A DNA stretch of 62,508 nt, filler included. It is 6 parts of 6 records of this genome, joined end to end, with 100 filler letters (N's around TTAATTAATTAA, not from the genome) between each part and the next. Parts side by side here need not be neighbours in the genome. Positions count along the whole stretch, not along the records: positions 38,305 to 43,296 come from SRR20825010_1895; positions 43,397 to 48,478 come from SRR20825010_1896; 4 more parts are not named here. One strand, 5' to 3'. Made by a program: the position numbers and the translations under genes. The notes beneath the pieces are model-generated. The model saw nothing but the letters and a program-made list of their open reading frames with translations, was not told the origin of the DNA and searched no databases. Within the stretch, counting starts at the first letter, position 1. Every line of letters starts with the position of its first letter. Positions 38,892-48,578 of this stretch are shown one piece after another.

Positions 38892-39188
38892 ATGATGAAA
38901 CACACGATTTTATCCATCGCAATGGTCCTCTTGCTGGGCACTGGTATTGCGTCGGTGACACTAGCTCAGAAGCCAGAGCACGCCGGAAGTGGGAAAGGTG
39001 TCATGAAAGACGAGGCCCCGGTGGTCCGGGAAACCGAACAGTCGCGCGAAAAAAAGCTGCTCAAAGATATGGAGCAGAAACGGGAGATGAAGGCCGAGCA
39101 GGAGCGGAAGGAACTTGGCAAAGGCTCTGAGCAGGGCCGGGACATGCGCCAGGAACACAGTCGCAAATGGTGGCGCTTCTGGGATTAA
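38892..39188 (+). CDS. Small exported charged protein ending RKWWRFWD
   Basis: GAGGAG RBS, Sec signal …SVTLA, E/K-rich helix. Confidence 0.7.
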   Translation: MMKHTILSIAMVLLLGTGIASVTLAQKPEHAGSGKGVMKDEAPVVRETEQSREKKLLKDMEQKREMKAEQERKELGKGSEQGRDMRQEHSRKWWRFWD

Positions 39189-39206
39189 TTGCGCTCTTTT
39201 AATCCC

Positions 39207-39252
39207 TGCCCCACAGAAAACGCAGCCGATGGGCTGCGTTTTCTGTGGGGCA
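39207..39252. terminator. 21-bp perfect stem-loop between convergent genes
   Basis: tgccccacagaaaacgcagcc-gatg-ggctgcgttttctgtggggca. Confidence 0.7.
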
Positions 39253-39271
39253 TCAATATTTGAATGGGCGA

Positions 39272-41023
39272 TCAGCGGGCGCGATCAAAGCGCCGTTTAC
39301 GACGGTAGGGAAAGACATCGACAATTTTGCCGTTGCGGATCTGTTCCTGCAGCCCCCACCAGAATTCCACATCATAGATATCGCTGTGGAGTGCCTGAAA
39401 GGCTTCCCGGGCAACGGGATTGCCGGAGAAGAATAACCGGAATTCCTCTGGAAAAATATCGTTGGTTGCCACGGTATACCAGGGGGTGGCAGACATCTCC
39501 TCCTCGTCAGTCTTCGGTTGAGGGATACGCCTGAAGTGACACTCGGTCAATGGGCAGATTTCATCGTAATCGTAAAACACCACCCGGTTGTGGCGGGTGA
39601 CCCCGAAATTTTTCAGCAGCATGTCACCCGGAAAAATATTCGCCGCCGCCAGTTGTTTGATGGCGTTGCCGTATTCCTCGATGATGTTGCAGGTTTGTTG
39701 TTCATCAGCCCGCTGCAGGTAGATATTGAGCGGTGTCATGCGGCGCTCGGTATAGAGGTGCTTGATGATCAGCCGGTCTCCCTCGAAGGTCAGCAGCGAG
39801 GGTGCGACTTTCTGTAACTCGGCGAGTAGTTCGTCGGAAAAGCGATCCACCGGAAACGAAAAATTAGCAAACTCCTGGGTATCGGCCATCCGCCCGATAC
39901 GGTCGTGCCGGGAGACCATGTTGTACTTCTCCCGCACGATTTCGTGGGTGACCTCCTTGGGCGGGTCGAAACGATCCTTGATGATTTTAAAGACAATATC
40001 GTAGGACGGCAGCGTGAATACCGACATCACCATCCCCTTGATGCCCGGTGCGATGACAAACTGATCCTGAGAGTTTCTCAGGTGACTGACAAATTCACGG
40101 TAAAATTCCGTCTTGGCGTGCTTGGGAAAACCAATGGACGTGTAGATTTCGTTATCGCCCTTGTGCGGCATCAATTGCTTTAAAAAATGCAGGTAGAGGT
40201 AGGGCAGTGGAGCATCCACCATAAAATGGGTTCGGGTAAAACTGAACACCACGCTCATCTCTTCCTTGTTGAAAATGGCTGTGTCAATAAACAGGCCGCC
40301 TTTTTCATTGTTCAGTACGGGCAACACCAGTGGAAAAAGCCGGTCGCCATCGATGATGCGACCGACAATATAGGCCGCCTTGCTGCGATAAAACACCGAG
40401 TCGAGCGTATCAAATTTCAGTGCCGAAACCGGATTCTTCAGGTGGGGCAGTAACTGCTCGTTAAATTCCTGAACGATGAAGTTCACATCCCTGGTGAGGT
40501 TTTCCGGTGGCGTAGAGAACTCGGCATCCAGCAAAATCTGCTCAAACACGGCGGCGATATCGTCAATACCCTCATAGCGCACATAAATGCTGTATTCCGC
40601 TTCCGGTATCGACGCCATTTGTGAAGACAGTACGTAGATCAGGTCATCGTCAATCTTGTCGTGATCATTGATGCAGCCAAATACGGAGTTGAAAAAAGTC
40701 TCGGCAATTTCGTAATTGGGGAAGTTGAAAACCAGTTGGGTATAGACGGCTTTTGCCTGGCGCCATAATTCCAGATCGGTAATATCTTTATTGGTCACCG
40801 TGGCGAGCAGCTCCGATACCTGGCGCACTTTGGTCTTGTAGAGTTCCAGTCGGTCCACGTTGGCGCTCTGCACTGCATGCCAGTCGGCCTTTTCAAAGCG
40901 CGCCTTGGCGCCGAGAGTCATATTCAGGTAATCGGCAAAATAGCTGCGGAAGCCATTGAGGATGGTTTTCGACATCCGTCGTGCAGTGCTGTTACGAAAA
41001 AACCGGGGGTCCGGAGCGGTCAT
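39272..41023 (-). CDS. aceK: Isocitrate dehydrogenase kinase/phosphatase
   Basis: IAETFFNSV, APGIKGMVMSVF, HDRIGRMADTQEF, NIFPGDMLLKNFGVTRH, FYDYDEI. Confidence 0.96.
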   Translation of the reverse strand: MTAPDPRFFRNSTARRMSKTILNGFRSYFADYLNMTLGAKARFEKADWHAVQSANVDRLELYKTKVRQVSELLATVTNKDITDLELWRQAKAVYTQLVFNFPNYEIAETFFNSVFGCINDHDKIDDDLIYVLSSQMASIPEAEYSIYVRYEGIDDIAAVFEQILLDAEFSTPPENLTRDVNFIVQEFNEQLLPHLKNPVSALKFDTLDSVFYRSKAAYIVGRIIDGDRLFPLVLPVLNNEKGGLFIDTAIFNKEEMSVVFSFTRTHFMVDAPLPYLYLHFLKQLMPHKGDNEIYTSIGFPKHAKTEFYREFVSHLRNSQDQFVIAPGIKGMVMSVFTLPSYDIVFKIIKDRFDPPKEVTHEIVREKYNMVSRHDRIGRMADTQEFANFSFPVDRFSDELLAELQKVAPSLLTFEGDRLIIKHLYTERRMTPLNIYLQRADEQQTCNIIEEYGNAIKQLAAANIFPGDMLLKNFGVTRHNRVVFYDYDEICPLTECHFRRIPQPKTDEEEMSATPWYTVATNDIFPEEFRLFFSGNPVAREAFQALHSDIYDVEFWWGLQEQIRNGKIVDVFPYRRKRRFDRAR

Positions 41024-41041
41024 GGGATCAGTCCAGCTGGG

Positions 41042-41704
41042 TTACTCATCGAGCTTTAAATCAGCTTTCAGTTCTGCCAATCGTTGCCGCGACACTTCGC
41101 GACTTAACGGCGGTTTCTCCGTCGCTTCCCCTGCGGGATCCGGTAAGGCCAACAGCCGACCCTTGCCAAGTTCGCGACAGAGTCGCCGATAATGATCGAG
41201 AAACAGGGGGTAGCTGACCGTCTCTGCCTCATGGGCCAACAGGTACCAGCCAGTGGCCAGTCCGGCGTGATAGACCACCGGGTGAGACCAGTGATGAGCC
41301 GATTTTGGAGAGGGTGCATTGCAGGCTTCGAGATACGCGCTGCGCGGCGAGGGCAACCCCGCCGGGTTCTGGCAGGCCTCACAGCATTGCAGCATGCGGT
41401 TCAGCGTAGGCAGATAGTCGGATGTTTCGATCACCCGTTTGGCGCCCAGCAGAATCTGCTCCCGATCGAAGTGTGCCAGTGCGTCCAGCCACAGGCGTTT
41501 TACCTGATTGAGCAGATCGGTATCAGAGTAGGCACTGTAAAACTGATTGTGAAAGTTCAGCCGGAACAGGGCGAACACCTGGTTGATCGTGTCCACCAAG
41601 TGTTCTGGACGCTCAGGATGTCGCCCAGCTGCGGTCGCTGAGTTCGTCGACGAGGGTGCGACTCCGCGTACTGCCCGGTCGATCAGATCGTTGTTCTTTT
41701 CCAT
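41042..41704 (-). CDS. Lambda replication protein P-like protein
   Basis: INQVFALFR, QVKRLWL, YLPTLNRMLQCC, GLPS…AY, WSHPVVYHAG; directly downstream of a DnaT-domain gene. Confidence 0.7.
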   Translation of the reverse strand: MEKNNDLIDRAVRGVAPSSTNSATAAGRHPERPEHLVDTINQVFALFRLNFHNQFYSAYSDTDLLNQVKRLWLDALAHFDREQILLGAKRVIETSDYLPTLNRMLQCCEACQNPAGLPSPRSAYLEACNAPSPKSAHHWSHPVVYHAGLATGWYLLAHEAETVSYPLFLDHYRRLCRELGKGRLLALPDPAGEATEKPPLSREVSRQRLAELKADLKLDE

Positions 41705-42737
41705 CGCTTGAGTCCTGGGTATGTGTTTGGTGACGCGACCATTCCCGTTTTACCTGTTGCAGGAACTTGGTGTTCCAGGAGCCATAGAGTTGGCCGCTAT
41801 CCCGCCAGTACAAAACAAATTCCGGTACCAGTCGTTCGGCAAAATCGCGGGGAATATTTGCCAGCGTGAGGACCTCAAAGAGTTCTTCTCTGGGTTGCCA
41901 ATCCGCCGCCAATGGGCGAGGCATGGTGTCCTGTTCCATCGTGTGGGTGAACCTGGCCCACTGACGTTTCACGTGCATGATAAAGCGGCTATTCCAGGTA
42001 CTTGAGGATTCGCCCCGTTCCAGCCAGTAGAGAACAAACTCCGGTATGGCGTCCTCGACAAAGTTACGGTTGATAGCCGCCTGCCGGGTGAGAATCTCCA
42101 TGGCATCCTGTGACGGCTGCCAATCCCGGCTCATAGACGTGTCCTGTCCTCGCCTGGCCGTTTCTGTCTGTTGTGCCCGCCAGAGACGCAGTACATGCTT
42201 GATAAATTTTGAGCCCCAGCTGTAGCGCGGCTCGCCACGTTCCGTCCAATATGTAATGAACTCTGGCAACTGGTCGGCAATGAATGCTGCCGGAATGTTG
42301 TACTGGGCAAGTTGTTGCAGAACGTCATTTTCCGGTCGCCAGTCGGGGGATATGGGCCGGGTACTTTGGTGTGCCGGGGTTGTCGGAAGTGTCGCGGAAA
42401 ATTTGCCGGGCTTTGCTGTATGGCTATTGTCGGCACAGTGTTCATTAAAGGCAAAGCGCAATAGATTGGCTTCAGTCAGGGGGGGGGATGCAACCAGCAG
42501 AATGCCCTTGTCCCGAAGACTGCCCACGATACGTTGCAGGTCAGCGATAGACCAGAAGGGGGCAAATTTCTGCAGCTGGCCACTGTCGATATTCAGCCAG
42601 TCGTAGTCACCCTGCCGTTCGGGCTTGCCATGACACATCAATTCATTGAGTAATTGCAGCAAAACCGTCTCCTCCAGGCCAATGGTGGCAGCCAGGGAGG
42701 GAGAAATAATCAGCGGTTTTTCCGGTAGCAGTGACAT
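41613..42737 (-). CDS. Protein with three DnaT-like ssDNA-binding domains
   Basis: N-terminal PLIISPSLAATIGLEE domain; three DWxP…PEFxxYW…W.xxF repeats; DRSWA tail. Confidence 0.8.
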   Translation of the reverse strand: MSLLPEKPLIISPSLAATIGLEETVLLQLLNELMCHGKPERQGDYDWLNIDSGQLQKFAPFWSIADLQRIVGSLRDKGILLVASPPLTEANLLRFAFNEHCADNSHTAKPGKFSATLPTTPAHQSTRPISPDWRPENDVLQQLAQYNIPAAFIADQLPEFITYWTERGEPRYSWGSKFIKHVLRLWRAQQTETARRGQDTSMSRDWQPSQDAMEILTRQAAINRNFVEDAIPEFVLYWLERGESSSTWNSRFIMHVKRQWARFTHTMEQDTMPRPLAADWQPREELFEVLTLANIPRDFAERLVPEFVLYWRDSGQLYGSWNTKFLQQVKREWSRHQTHTQDSSDGKEQRSDRPGSTRSRTLVDELSDRSWATS

Positions 42738-42867
42738 GGTGACACTTTATCAGAAAGCGGTGGGCAAGTTTATCGGTCACATTCGTTCAGATGTGGTTTT
42801 CTATGTGGTTGCCGCATCGTTACAATAGCGCTTCAAAAAAAACAACAAACAGCAAGGTGGCAATGGA

Positions 42868-43296
42868 ATGGTTCCGAAGCAGGCCAGTTTGGTAGGGAGG
42901 CGACCAGCGAGCTGGCTTTGTTGCATCCTGTTGTCGCTCAAATGGCTGCCGGTTTTGGCTGCTTCGGCTGAGGGTTATACCGAGGATGATCTGATCGCGG
43001 ATATTCCGGTGGCTTTGTCTGTCACACGACTGCCCCAGTCGGTGACAGATACCTCAATGGCGGTTTCGGTTATTGACCGAACCATGATTGAGGCGTCCGG
43101 ATTTATCGAAATTCCCGATTTGCTGCGCCTTGTGCCGGGTTTTCAGGTCGGCCTCAGCTGGCGTGATCACCATGCATCGGTGACCTATCACGGTCAATCC
43201 GATGGCCTATCTCGGCGTATGCAGGTTTTGCTCGATGGCCGTGTGGTGGTGGGGTCACTGTTTGGTCTGGTGGATTGGGACCGACTGGGAATCACC
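42868..43296 (+). CDS. TonB-dependent receptor, N-terminal plug, 3' truncated
   Basis: Signal peptide; SVTRLPQ, VSVIDRTMIEASG…PDLLRLVPG, MQVLLDGR. Confidence 0.85.
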
Positions 43297-43396
43297 NNNN
43301 NNNNNNNNNNNNNNNNNNNNNNNNNNNNNNNNNNNNNNNNTTAATTAATTAANNNNNNNNNNNNNNNNNNNNNNNNNNNNNNNNNNNNNNNNNNNN
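43297..43396. other. Artificial contig spacer
   Basis: N44-TTAATTAATTAA-N44. Confidence 0.97.
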
Positions 43397-43757
43397 GTGC
43401 TAAGATTCTGAATGATCGAATGGTATAATCACGACGATCCGTAGTAGTCCAGTCTGGAAAATGTACCTGATCTTTTACGGTAGTTCGATGAAAGTCTCCA
43501 TATGGAAAGCCATTTAAAGTGAATACATATGCATTCTCAGACTTTAACCAATCCTTGAATTTAGAGAGCTGGTCAGCTTTCTCAAGTACTAAACTTGCTT
43601 CATGAGAAAGGCGTAAACCAATCCCAAAGGACTTATCCACATCCAATCGTTCTTTTACTTCCGGAATGTATTTCTTAAGATTTTCGAAAGTTGCTTCCCA
43701 GCTTTCTCCTGGGTGAATATTGCTGCAGTAACTGAGGTGAAAATCGTTGATTTCCAT
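43397..43757 (-). CDS. eboE: EboE (TIM-barrel metabolite traffic protein), 3' truncated
   Basis: HLSYCSNIHPGESW, FGIGLRLS, FTLNGFPYGDFH…VKDQVHFPDW. Confidence 0.9.
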
Positions 43758-43781
43758 GAATAAGGCTGATTTTGTATTGAA

Positions 43782-44936
43782 TTAACTATTAACCAAATCT
43801 TCTTTTTGGTTGAAACTTTTGAGTAATTCTATGGATTGATGAATCAGATCGTGATCCATTTCGTGGACTTCTTCGCCATTGCCTAATGCTTTCAACAGCA
43901 TTATTGTAAGTTGACCACCTAGGTGTTCTTGGAATTCCTGAAGTCCTTTGATAAGATTTTCACCTCCTAATTCCGGGGCAAAAAGCTCAAATCCAAGGGT
44001 CTTGAATACGGTGATAATTCTTAAAAGATCTGCTTCACTAATCCATCCTTTCAAATAGGAATAGGTGGAATCCAAAGCAATGCCTATCGCTACAGCCTCG
44101 CCATGACGAATTCTAAAATCGCTCAAATGCTCCAACTTATGTGCGGCCCAGTGACCAAAATCTAAAGGTCTGGAAGAGCCGAATTCAAATGGATCTTTGC
44201 CTGAGATATGATCCAAATGCATCTGTGCACATCGTATGATCAATTCCTGCATTGGAGCCATTTCACGGTTTGCAAGAGCAGCGGAATGGTCTTCAATCCA
44301 AGTAAAAAAGCTTAAATCCTTGATCAAAGCCACTTTGATAGCTTCAGAAATTCCAGATCTCCAATCTCTATCGTCTAGGGTTTTAAGGAAATTGAAGTCG
44401 TTCAAAACTGCATAGGGAGGTGTAAAAGTCCCTAAGTAGTTTTTCTTGCCAAAAAGATTTGCAGAATTTTTCACACCTACAGCAGAATCATTTTGTGAAA
44501 GAACCGTAGTAGGGATTCGTATTAAACGTATTCCTCGATGGGAAATAGCAGCGGCAAAGCCAGCCATATCAATGACTGCACCACCACCGATCACCGCGAT
44601 GTAAGAATGCCTGTCAATTCCATATAAATGAGTTGCTTCGACAATCTTTTTATAGATCGCTTCATCGTTTTTGGATGCTTCTCCTCCTACTACGATAATA
44701 GGCTCACATGGAATAGAAAAGAATTCAGAATGGGCATTAGCATAGGCTTTCAGTTGTGCTACCAACTGCGGATGAGCTTCTGCTACTCCATTATCCACAA
44801 CGAACAGAACCTTGGCATGTCTGCCTTTGGCCAACAGGTCAACAAATATTTTATTTTCCACGGAGAAAATATCCTCTGAGAAGCAGACTTGATATTTGAA
44901 GGGTACAGAAAATGATTGTTCAATAATCGTATTCAT
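43782..44936 (-). CDS. eboD: EboD, 3-dehydroquinate-synthase-like sugar-phosphate cyclase
   Basis: GGEASKN, GGGAVID, PTTVLSQNDSAVGVKN, RPLDFGHWAAHKLE, RHGEAV; in ebo gene order. Confidence 0.88.
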   Translation of the reverse strand: MNTIIEQSFSVPFKYQVCFSEDIFSVENKIFVDLLAKGRHAKVLFVVDNGVAEAHPQLVAQLKAYANAHSEFFSIPCEPIIVVGGEASKNDEAIYKKIVEATHLYGIDRHSYIAVIGGGAVIDMAGFAAAISHRGIRLIRIPTTVLSQNDSAVGVKNSANLFGKKNYLGTFTPPYAVLNDFNFLKTLDDRDWRSGISEAIKVALIKDLSFFTWIEDHSAALANREMAPMQELIIRCAQMHLDHISGKDPFEFGSSRPLDFGHWAAHKLEHLSDFRIRHGEAVAIGIALDSTYSYLKGWISEADLLRIITVFKTLGFELFAPELGGENLIKGLQEFQEHLGGQLTIMLLKALGNGEEVHEMDHDLIHQSIELLKSFNQKEDLVNS

Positions 44937-45006
44937 AATCAACAGGGTATAGGCTTAGGCTGTTTCTAGGAATAAATACAATTCCCAGCGCCATTTAGTT
45001 CTTGTG

Positions 45007-45921
45007 TTAGGTGACAGCAAATTTCTTTGCTAGCCAAAGGGAAATTGGCAACAACAATAACACAATTATTCCAATCTGCCATCCTGCGAAAGCGGAGGCA
45101 ATGGAAGCATTTACAATTATTAGGGAAATAACGGCAGCTTTGACGGATTTACCAATCAGTTTGGGGTCTTGACTACGAATCGCTTTGACCAAAGGCGGGA
45201 ATATCATGTAACCGAGCAAAGCTAAGAAAGGAAGTACTTCCCATATCTCTGTGCCATGTACAATAGGCATTGCGCCAATTGTGAAGATGACAATCACATA
45301 CATTGATAATCCACCATAGAGCGCAGTTCTGTTTTTTCCATGAACCTCTCCACGACTAATCATAGTAATGGCCGCAACAAAAACCAAAGGAATCAATCCT
45401 AATGGCCAAAATGTGGGTAACATTTCAGGAATGATTGATACACCTAATAGTAAATTACCAGTTCGGCATAGCCCCATGTTGATTGGGCCAATAAGGTTCT
45501 GATGCTTACCCCAGTAATCATAAAGTACGGCTAAGACTGCTACAGCTAGCGCAATTACTGCTGAGATTAAATTCACCTGTGCTGCTGCAATCACCCCCAC
45601 GACTAAGAGTAAAAAAGACATCCAAGCGGCCTTAGCTTTAGAAACTCTTCCGCTAGGAATGGGCCTCTCTGGCCTTTCTACACCATCCAGCTCTGCATCG
45701 AACACATCATTGAATGCTACTCCACCAGCATACAATCCAATTGTACTCAATGAAAGCCAGGCTAAATCAATCAGGAATTCATTAGCTCCAGCTCCGAAGT
45801 CAATAAAGATGTATGTCCAAGCGCCTGCAATAGCACAGCCTGCCCAGATATCAGCTATTGCTGTGACTACATTCGCGGGGCGAGTGAGTTGGAGATAGGC
45901 GAAAAAGCGGGAAGAACCCAT
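45007..45921 (-). CDS. eboC: EboC, UbiA-family prenyltransferase
   Basis: RPANVVTAIADI, NDVFDAELDGVERPERPIPSG, MGLCRTGNLLLG. Confidence 0.9.
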   Translation of the reverse strand: MGSSRFFAYLQLTRPANVVTAIADIWAGCAIAGAWTYIFIDFGAGANEFLIDLAWLSLSTIGLYAGGVAFNDVFDAELDGVERPERPIPSGRVSKAKAAWMSFLLLVVGVIAAAQVNLISAVIALAVAVLAVLYDYWGKHQNLIGPINMGLCRTGNLLLGVSIIPEMLPTFWPLGLIPLVFVAAITMISRGEVHGKNRTALYGGLSMYVIVIFTIGAMPIVHGTEIWEVLPFLALLGYMIFPPLVKAIRSQDPKLIGKSVKAAVISLIIVNASIASAFAGWQIGIIVLLLLPISLWLAKKFAVT

Positions 45922-45923
45922 AA

Positions 45924-46829
45924 TTAATTCTCTACAAAATCAGATGAACCTTCCACTCTAGGCGTTTGTCCACCGCGAAGTACTGAATTTCCGCTCATCT
46001 TTTTGGTTTGATCCAAAGGCGCTGCGTTCAACCAATCCTGCTCATCCATTTGTCCACTTTGGCCAAAGGCTGTCAATGCATTTTGGTAAGTCACTAGTTT
46101 GATATGCTCCTCAGGAATTCCTGATTTACGCATCAGATCGGCAGTTTTTGGTACTGCCAAAGGATCAGAAATCCCCCAATCCGCTGCGGAATTGACGATT
46201 ATTCTTTCAGGGCCATATTGCCGTACGATTTCCACCATGCGCTCAGAACCCATTTTGGTGTGTGGATAAATAGTAAAACCGGCATAGTACCCGCGATCCA
46301 ATACTTCTTTTACAGTTTCCTCATTGTTATGATCAACGATCACCATTTTAGGATCTAAACCATGCTCCTCAGACACGTCCATGCTGCGAATAGTGCCTTT
46401 CCTTTTGTCTCTATGTGGAGTGTGGATAAGTACTGGAAGATCCACCTCTTTAGCTAACTCTAATTGAAGTCTATAAAACTTGTCTTCGGCTTCCGTTTGA
46501 TCATCGTAACCAATTTCACCGATTGCTACTACACCTTCTTTGCCAACATAAAGAGGCAATAACTCCATCACCTGCTCAGCCAACGCTTCGTTATTCGCTT
46601 CCTTGGAATTCAAGCCCATCGTGCAGTAATGCACTATGCCGAATTGACTGGCACGAAAACGCTCCCAGCCCACAAGCGTGCTGAAGTAATCTTTAAAACT
46701 TCCAACTTCTGTCCTTGGTTGTCCTAGCCAAAATGCAGGTTCAATCACTGCTACTATACCAGCTTTTTGCATGGCTTCATAGTCATCAGTTGTGCGGGAT
46801 ACGACGTGGATATGTGGATCTATATACAT
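45924..46829 (-). CDS. eboB: EboB, TatD-family hydrolase
   Basis: DPHIHVVSRTTDDY, EPAFWLGQPRT, GEIGYD, HTPHRDK, DHNNEET, SAADWG. Confidence 0.9.
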   Translation of the reverse strand: MYIDPHIHVVSRTTDDYEAMQKAGIVAVIEPAFWLGQPRTEVGSFKDYFSTLVGWERFRASQFGIVHYCTMGLNSKEANNEALAEQVMELLPLYVGKEGVVAIGEIGYDDQTEAEDKFYRLQLELAKEVDLPVLIHTPHRDKRKGTIRSMDVSEEHGLDPKMVIVDHNNEETVKEVLDRGYYAGFTIYPHTKMGSERMVEIVRQYGPERIIVNSAADWGISDPLAVPKTADLMRKSGIPEEHIKLVTYQNALTAFGQSGQMDEQDWLNAAPLDQTKKMSGNSVLRGGQTPRVEGSSDFVEN

Positions 46830-46867
46830 GGTAATTGAATTTAAAGTAGGGGATGTGAAATTAGGGA

Positions 46868-47749
46868 TTAAACGCGAGTTCGTTGGAATTCCGAACCAAT
46901 GCTTTCCCAAGCAATAGCATCCATATCTAGTGTGGCAACTTGATCAGGATAGGACTGCAAGATTTCTTGTGCTGGCAAATAGGCAGATTCTCTCAAAGTC
47001 AGCAAGGCAGATTTGATTTGCAACTCGTCTTTGGTGGTTAGGGCTTTCTTCAGATCTTCCAAGTATTTGTCATTGACAAAAGGTGAAACCAGACGCCAAA
47101 TCTCTGGCATGACGTCTCTTCCTGCAGCCCAACGCTCATGAGCAAAATCTCTCGCTATAGCTGCCAAGGCTGGATTTCTTCTTTCTTCCAAACCTTGAAT
47201 CCTATACAATGGGCGTTGCATAAAGATGGCTTTAAGCACCATCTGGTTCCAATTGGCCTCAGGGAAATACTTGGCAGGGAAAGGGTTATTCAAAGCTATC
47301 GAATCGAAGACCAAGGAGATATTAGTCCTTAAACCATCTATTGCTCGCGGAATTAATTCTTCCTGAAAAGGCATAAGTGGCAAAGCCGCAAATAGTGCTT
47401 GATGTTCATTCATATCTGCAGTTTCAAAAAGCTGGTTCATCGCAGCAAACCAAGCCTCCTTTTTCTGTGGATAACTCAGCATCAAGACGGTGCGTGCAGT
47501 CTGTAATTGATCCCAGAATTCAGGTTGAAATCCAGTAAGCAGCTCATTTGCCGTCTTTAAGTCATTATCGGAAAGTGAAAGTTTTTCCTTTTTGAAATAT
47601 CTCGAAGCTTGGCTAAAAGCCAGGAAAAACTTCGAGGGAGTACCTTCGATGCAGATCTTTTCAACTTGTATACTGAGCCAATCAAGTCCTTTCTGAGTAG
47701 CCGATCTTTCAAGCGTTTGGGTGAGAAAGCTTGTTAATTGATTTTCCAT
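46868..47749 (-). CDS. eboA: EboA-domain protein
   Basis: GLRTN…FDSIALNNPFP, WNQMVLKAIF, DFAHERWAAGR. Confidence 0.88.
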   Translation of the reverse strand: MENQLTSFLTQTLERSATQKGLDWLSIQVEKICIEGTPSKFFLAFSQASRYFKKEKLSLSDNDLKTANELLTGFQPEFWDQLQTARTVLMLSYPQKKEAWFAAMNQLFETADMNEHQALFAALPLMPFQEELIPRAIDGLRTNISLVFDSIALNNPFPAKYFPEANWNQMVLKAIFMQRPLYRIQGLEERRNPALAAIARDFAHERWAAGRDVMPEIWRLVSPFVNDKYLEDLKKALTTKDELQIKSALLTLRESAYLPAQEILQSYPDQVATLDMDAIAWESIGSEFQRTRV

Positions 47750-48095
47750 GATGTGAGTTGCCGTTTAGGGCTTAGCGTCAACTTTACTGTAATTTTATAA
47801 AATACGCTGAAATCTACCAGAATATCCACTTAGATAATGCTCAGCGGTAGTAAAAAGTGCCATACCTGATAAAAATCAGGATTTTCATCACGACTTTTTT
47901 TAATGATCTATGCTTCCAAAATTCAGTATGATCAGCTAGTTTGATTTATCACCTAATTTCGGATGGATGATAGCTTGACTTCGATGGATTTTTGCTTGAT
48001 AGCGTATCAGATCCACACATGTTTTACAAACTTACATATAAGCTAAACCTCTATATTTAGTATTTAAATTACTCGCAGCTTGTAAATGATAGCTT

Positions 48096-48478
48096 ATGAA
48101 ATTGACTTTAGAAGAACAGGAAACACTGATAAGCATCTTAAAACTTCGCTTCGGCAAGAACATGAAGCGTCACGAAAGCCTAGAATGGGCTAAAGTGGAA
48201 GCAAGACTGGCGACAAAACCTGATAAGCTGTGGACTCTGAATGAAATGGAGCGAACCGGAGGAGAGCCAGATGTGGTGGGTTTTGATGCTAAAAGTGGTG
48301 CGTATATTTTTTGCGATTGTAGCGCAGAAAGTCCAAAAGGTAGGAGAAGTGTCTGCTACGATCTGCAAGGGCAAGAGTCTCGAAAAGAGCATAGACCAGA
48401 ACACAATGCGCTTGACATGGCCGCGGCTATGGGTATTTCTATCCTCACGGAAGAGGAATATAGAGCATTGCAGAAGCT
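48096..48478 (+). CDS. DUF4256-family protein, 3' truncated
   Basis: RFGKNMKRH, EMERTGGEPDVV, DCSAESPKGRRSVCYD, LTEEEYRALQ. Confidence 0.85.
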
Positions 48479-48578
48479 NNNNNNNNNNNNNNNNNNNNNN
48501 NNNNNNNNNNNNNNNNNNNNNNTTAATTAATTAANNNNNNNNNNNNNNNNNNNNNNNNNNNNNNNNNNNNNNNNNNNN
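48479..48578. other. Artificial contig spacer
   Basis: N44-TTAATTAATTAA-N44. Confidence 0.97.

Noticed and set aside
41042-42737. Prophage
   Set aside because: Flanked directly by aceK and a TonB receptor, with no integrase, repressor, structural or lysis genes.
43782-44936. Shikimate-pathway aroB
   Set aside because: It sits between eboC and eboE with no aroK nearby; the LDFGHWAAHKLE motif fits EboD.
42868-47749. Functional link between the TonB receptor and the ebo operon, or between surE in contig 6 and its absence in contig 1
   Set aside because: These lie on different contigs from different organisms.
47750-48095. ncRNA or riboswitch in the AT-rich eboA/DUF4256 spacer
   Set aside because: I could not recognise a conserved structure or convincing repeat by eye; an Rfam scan would be needed.
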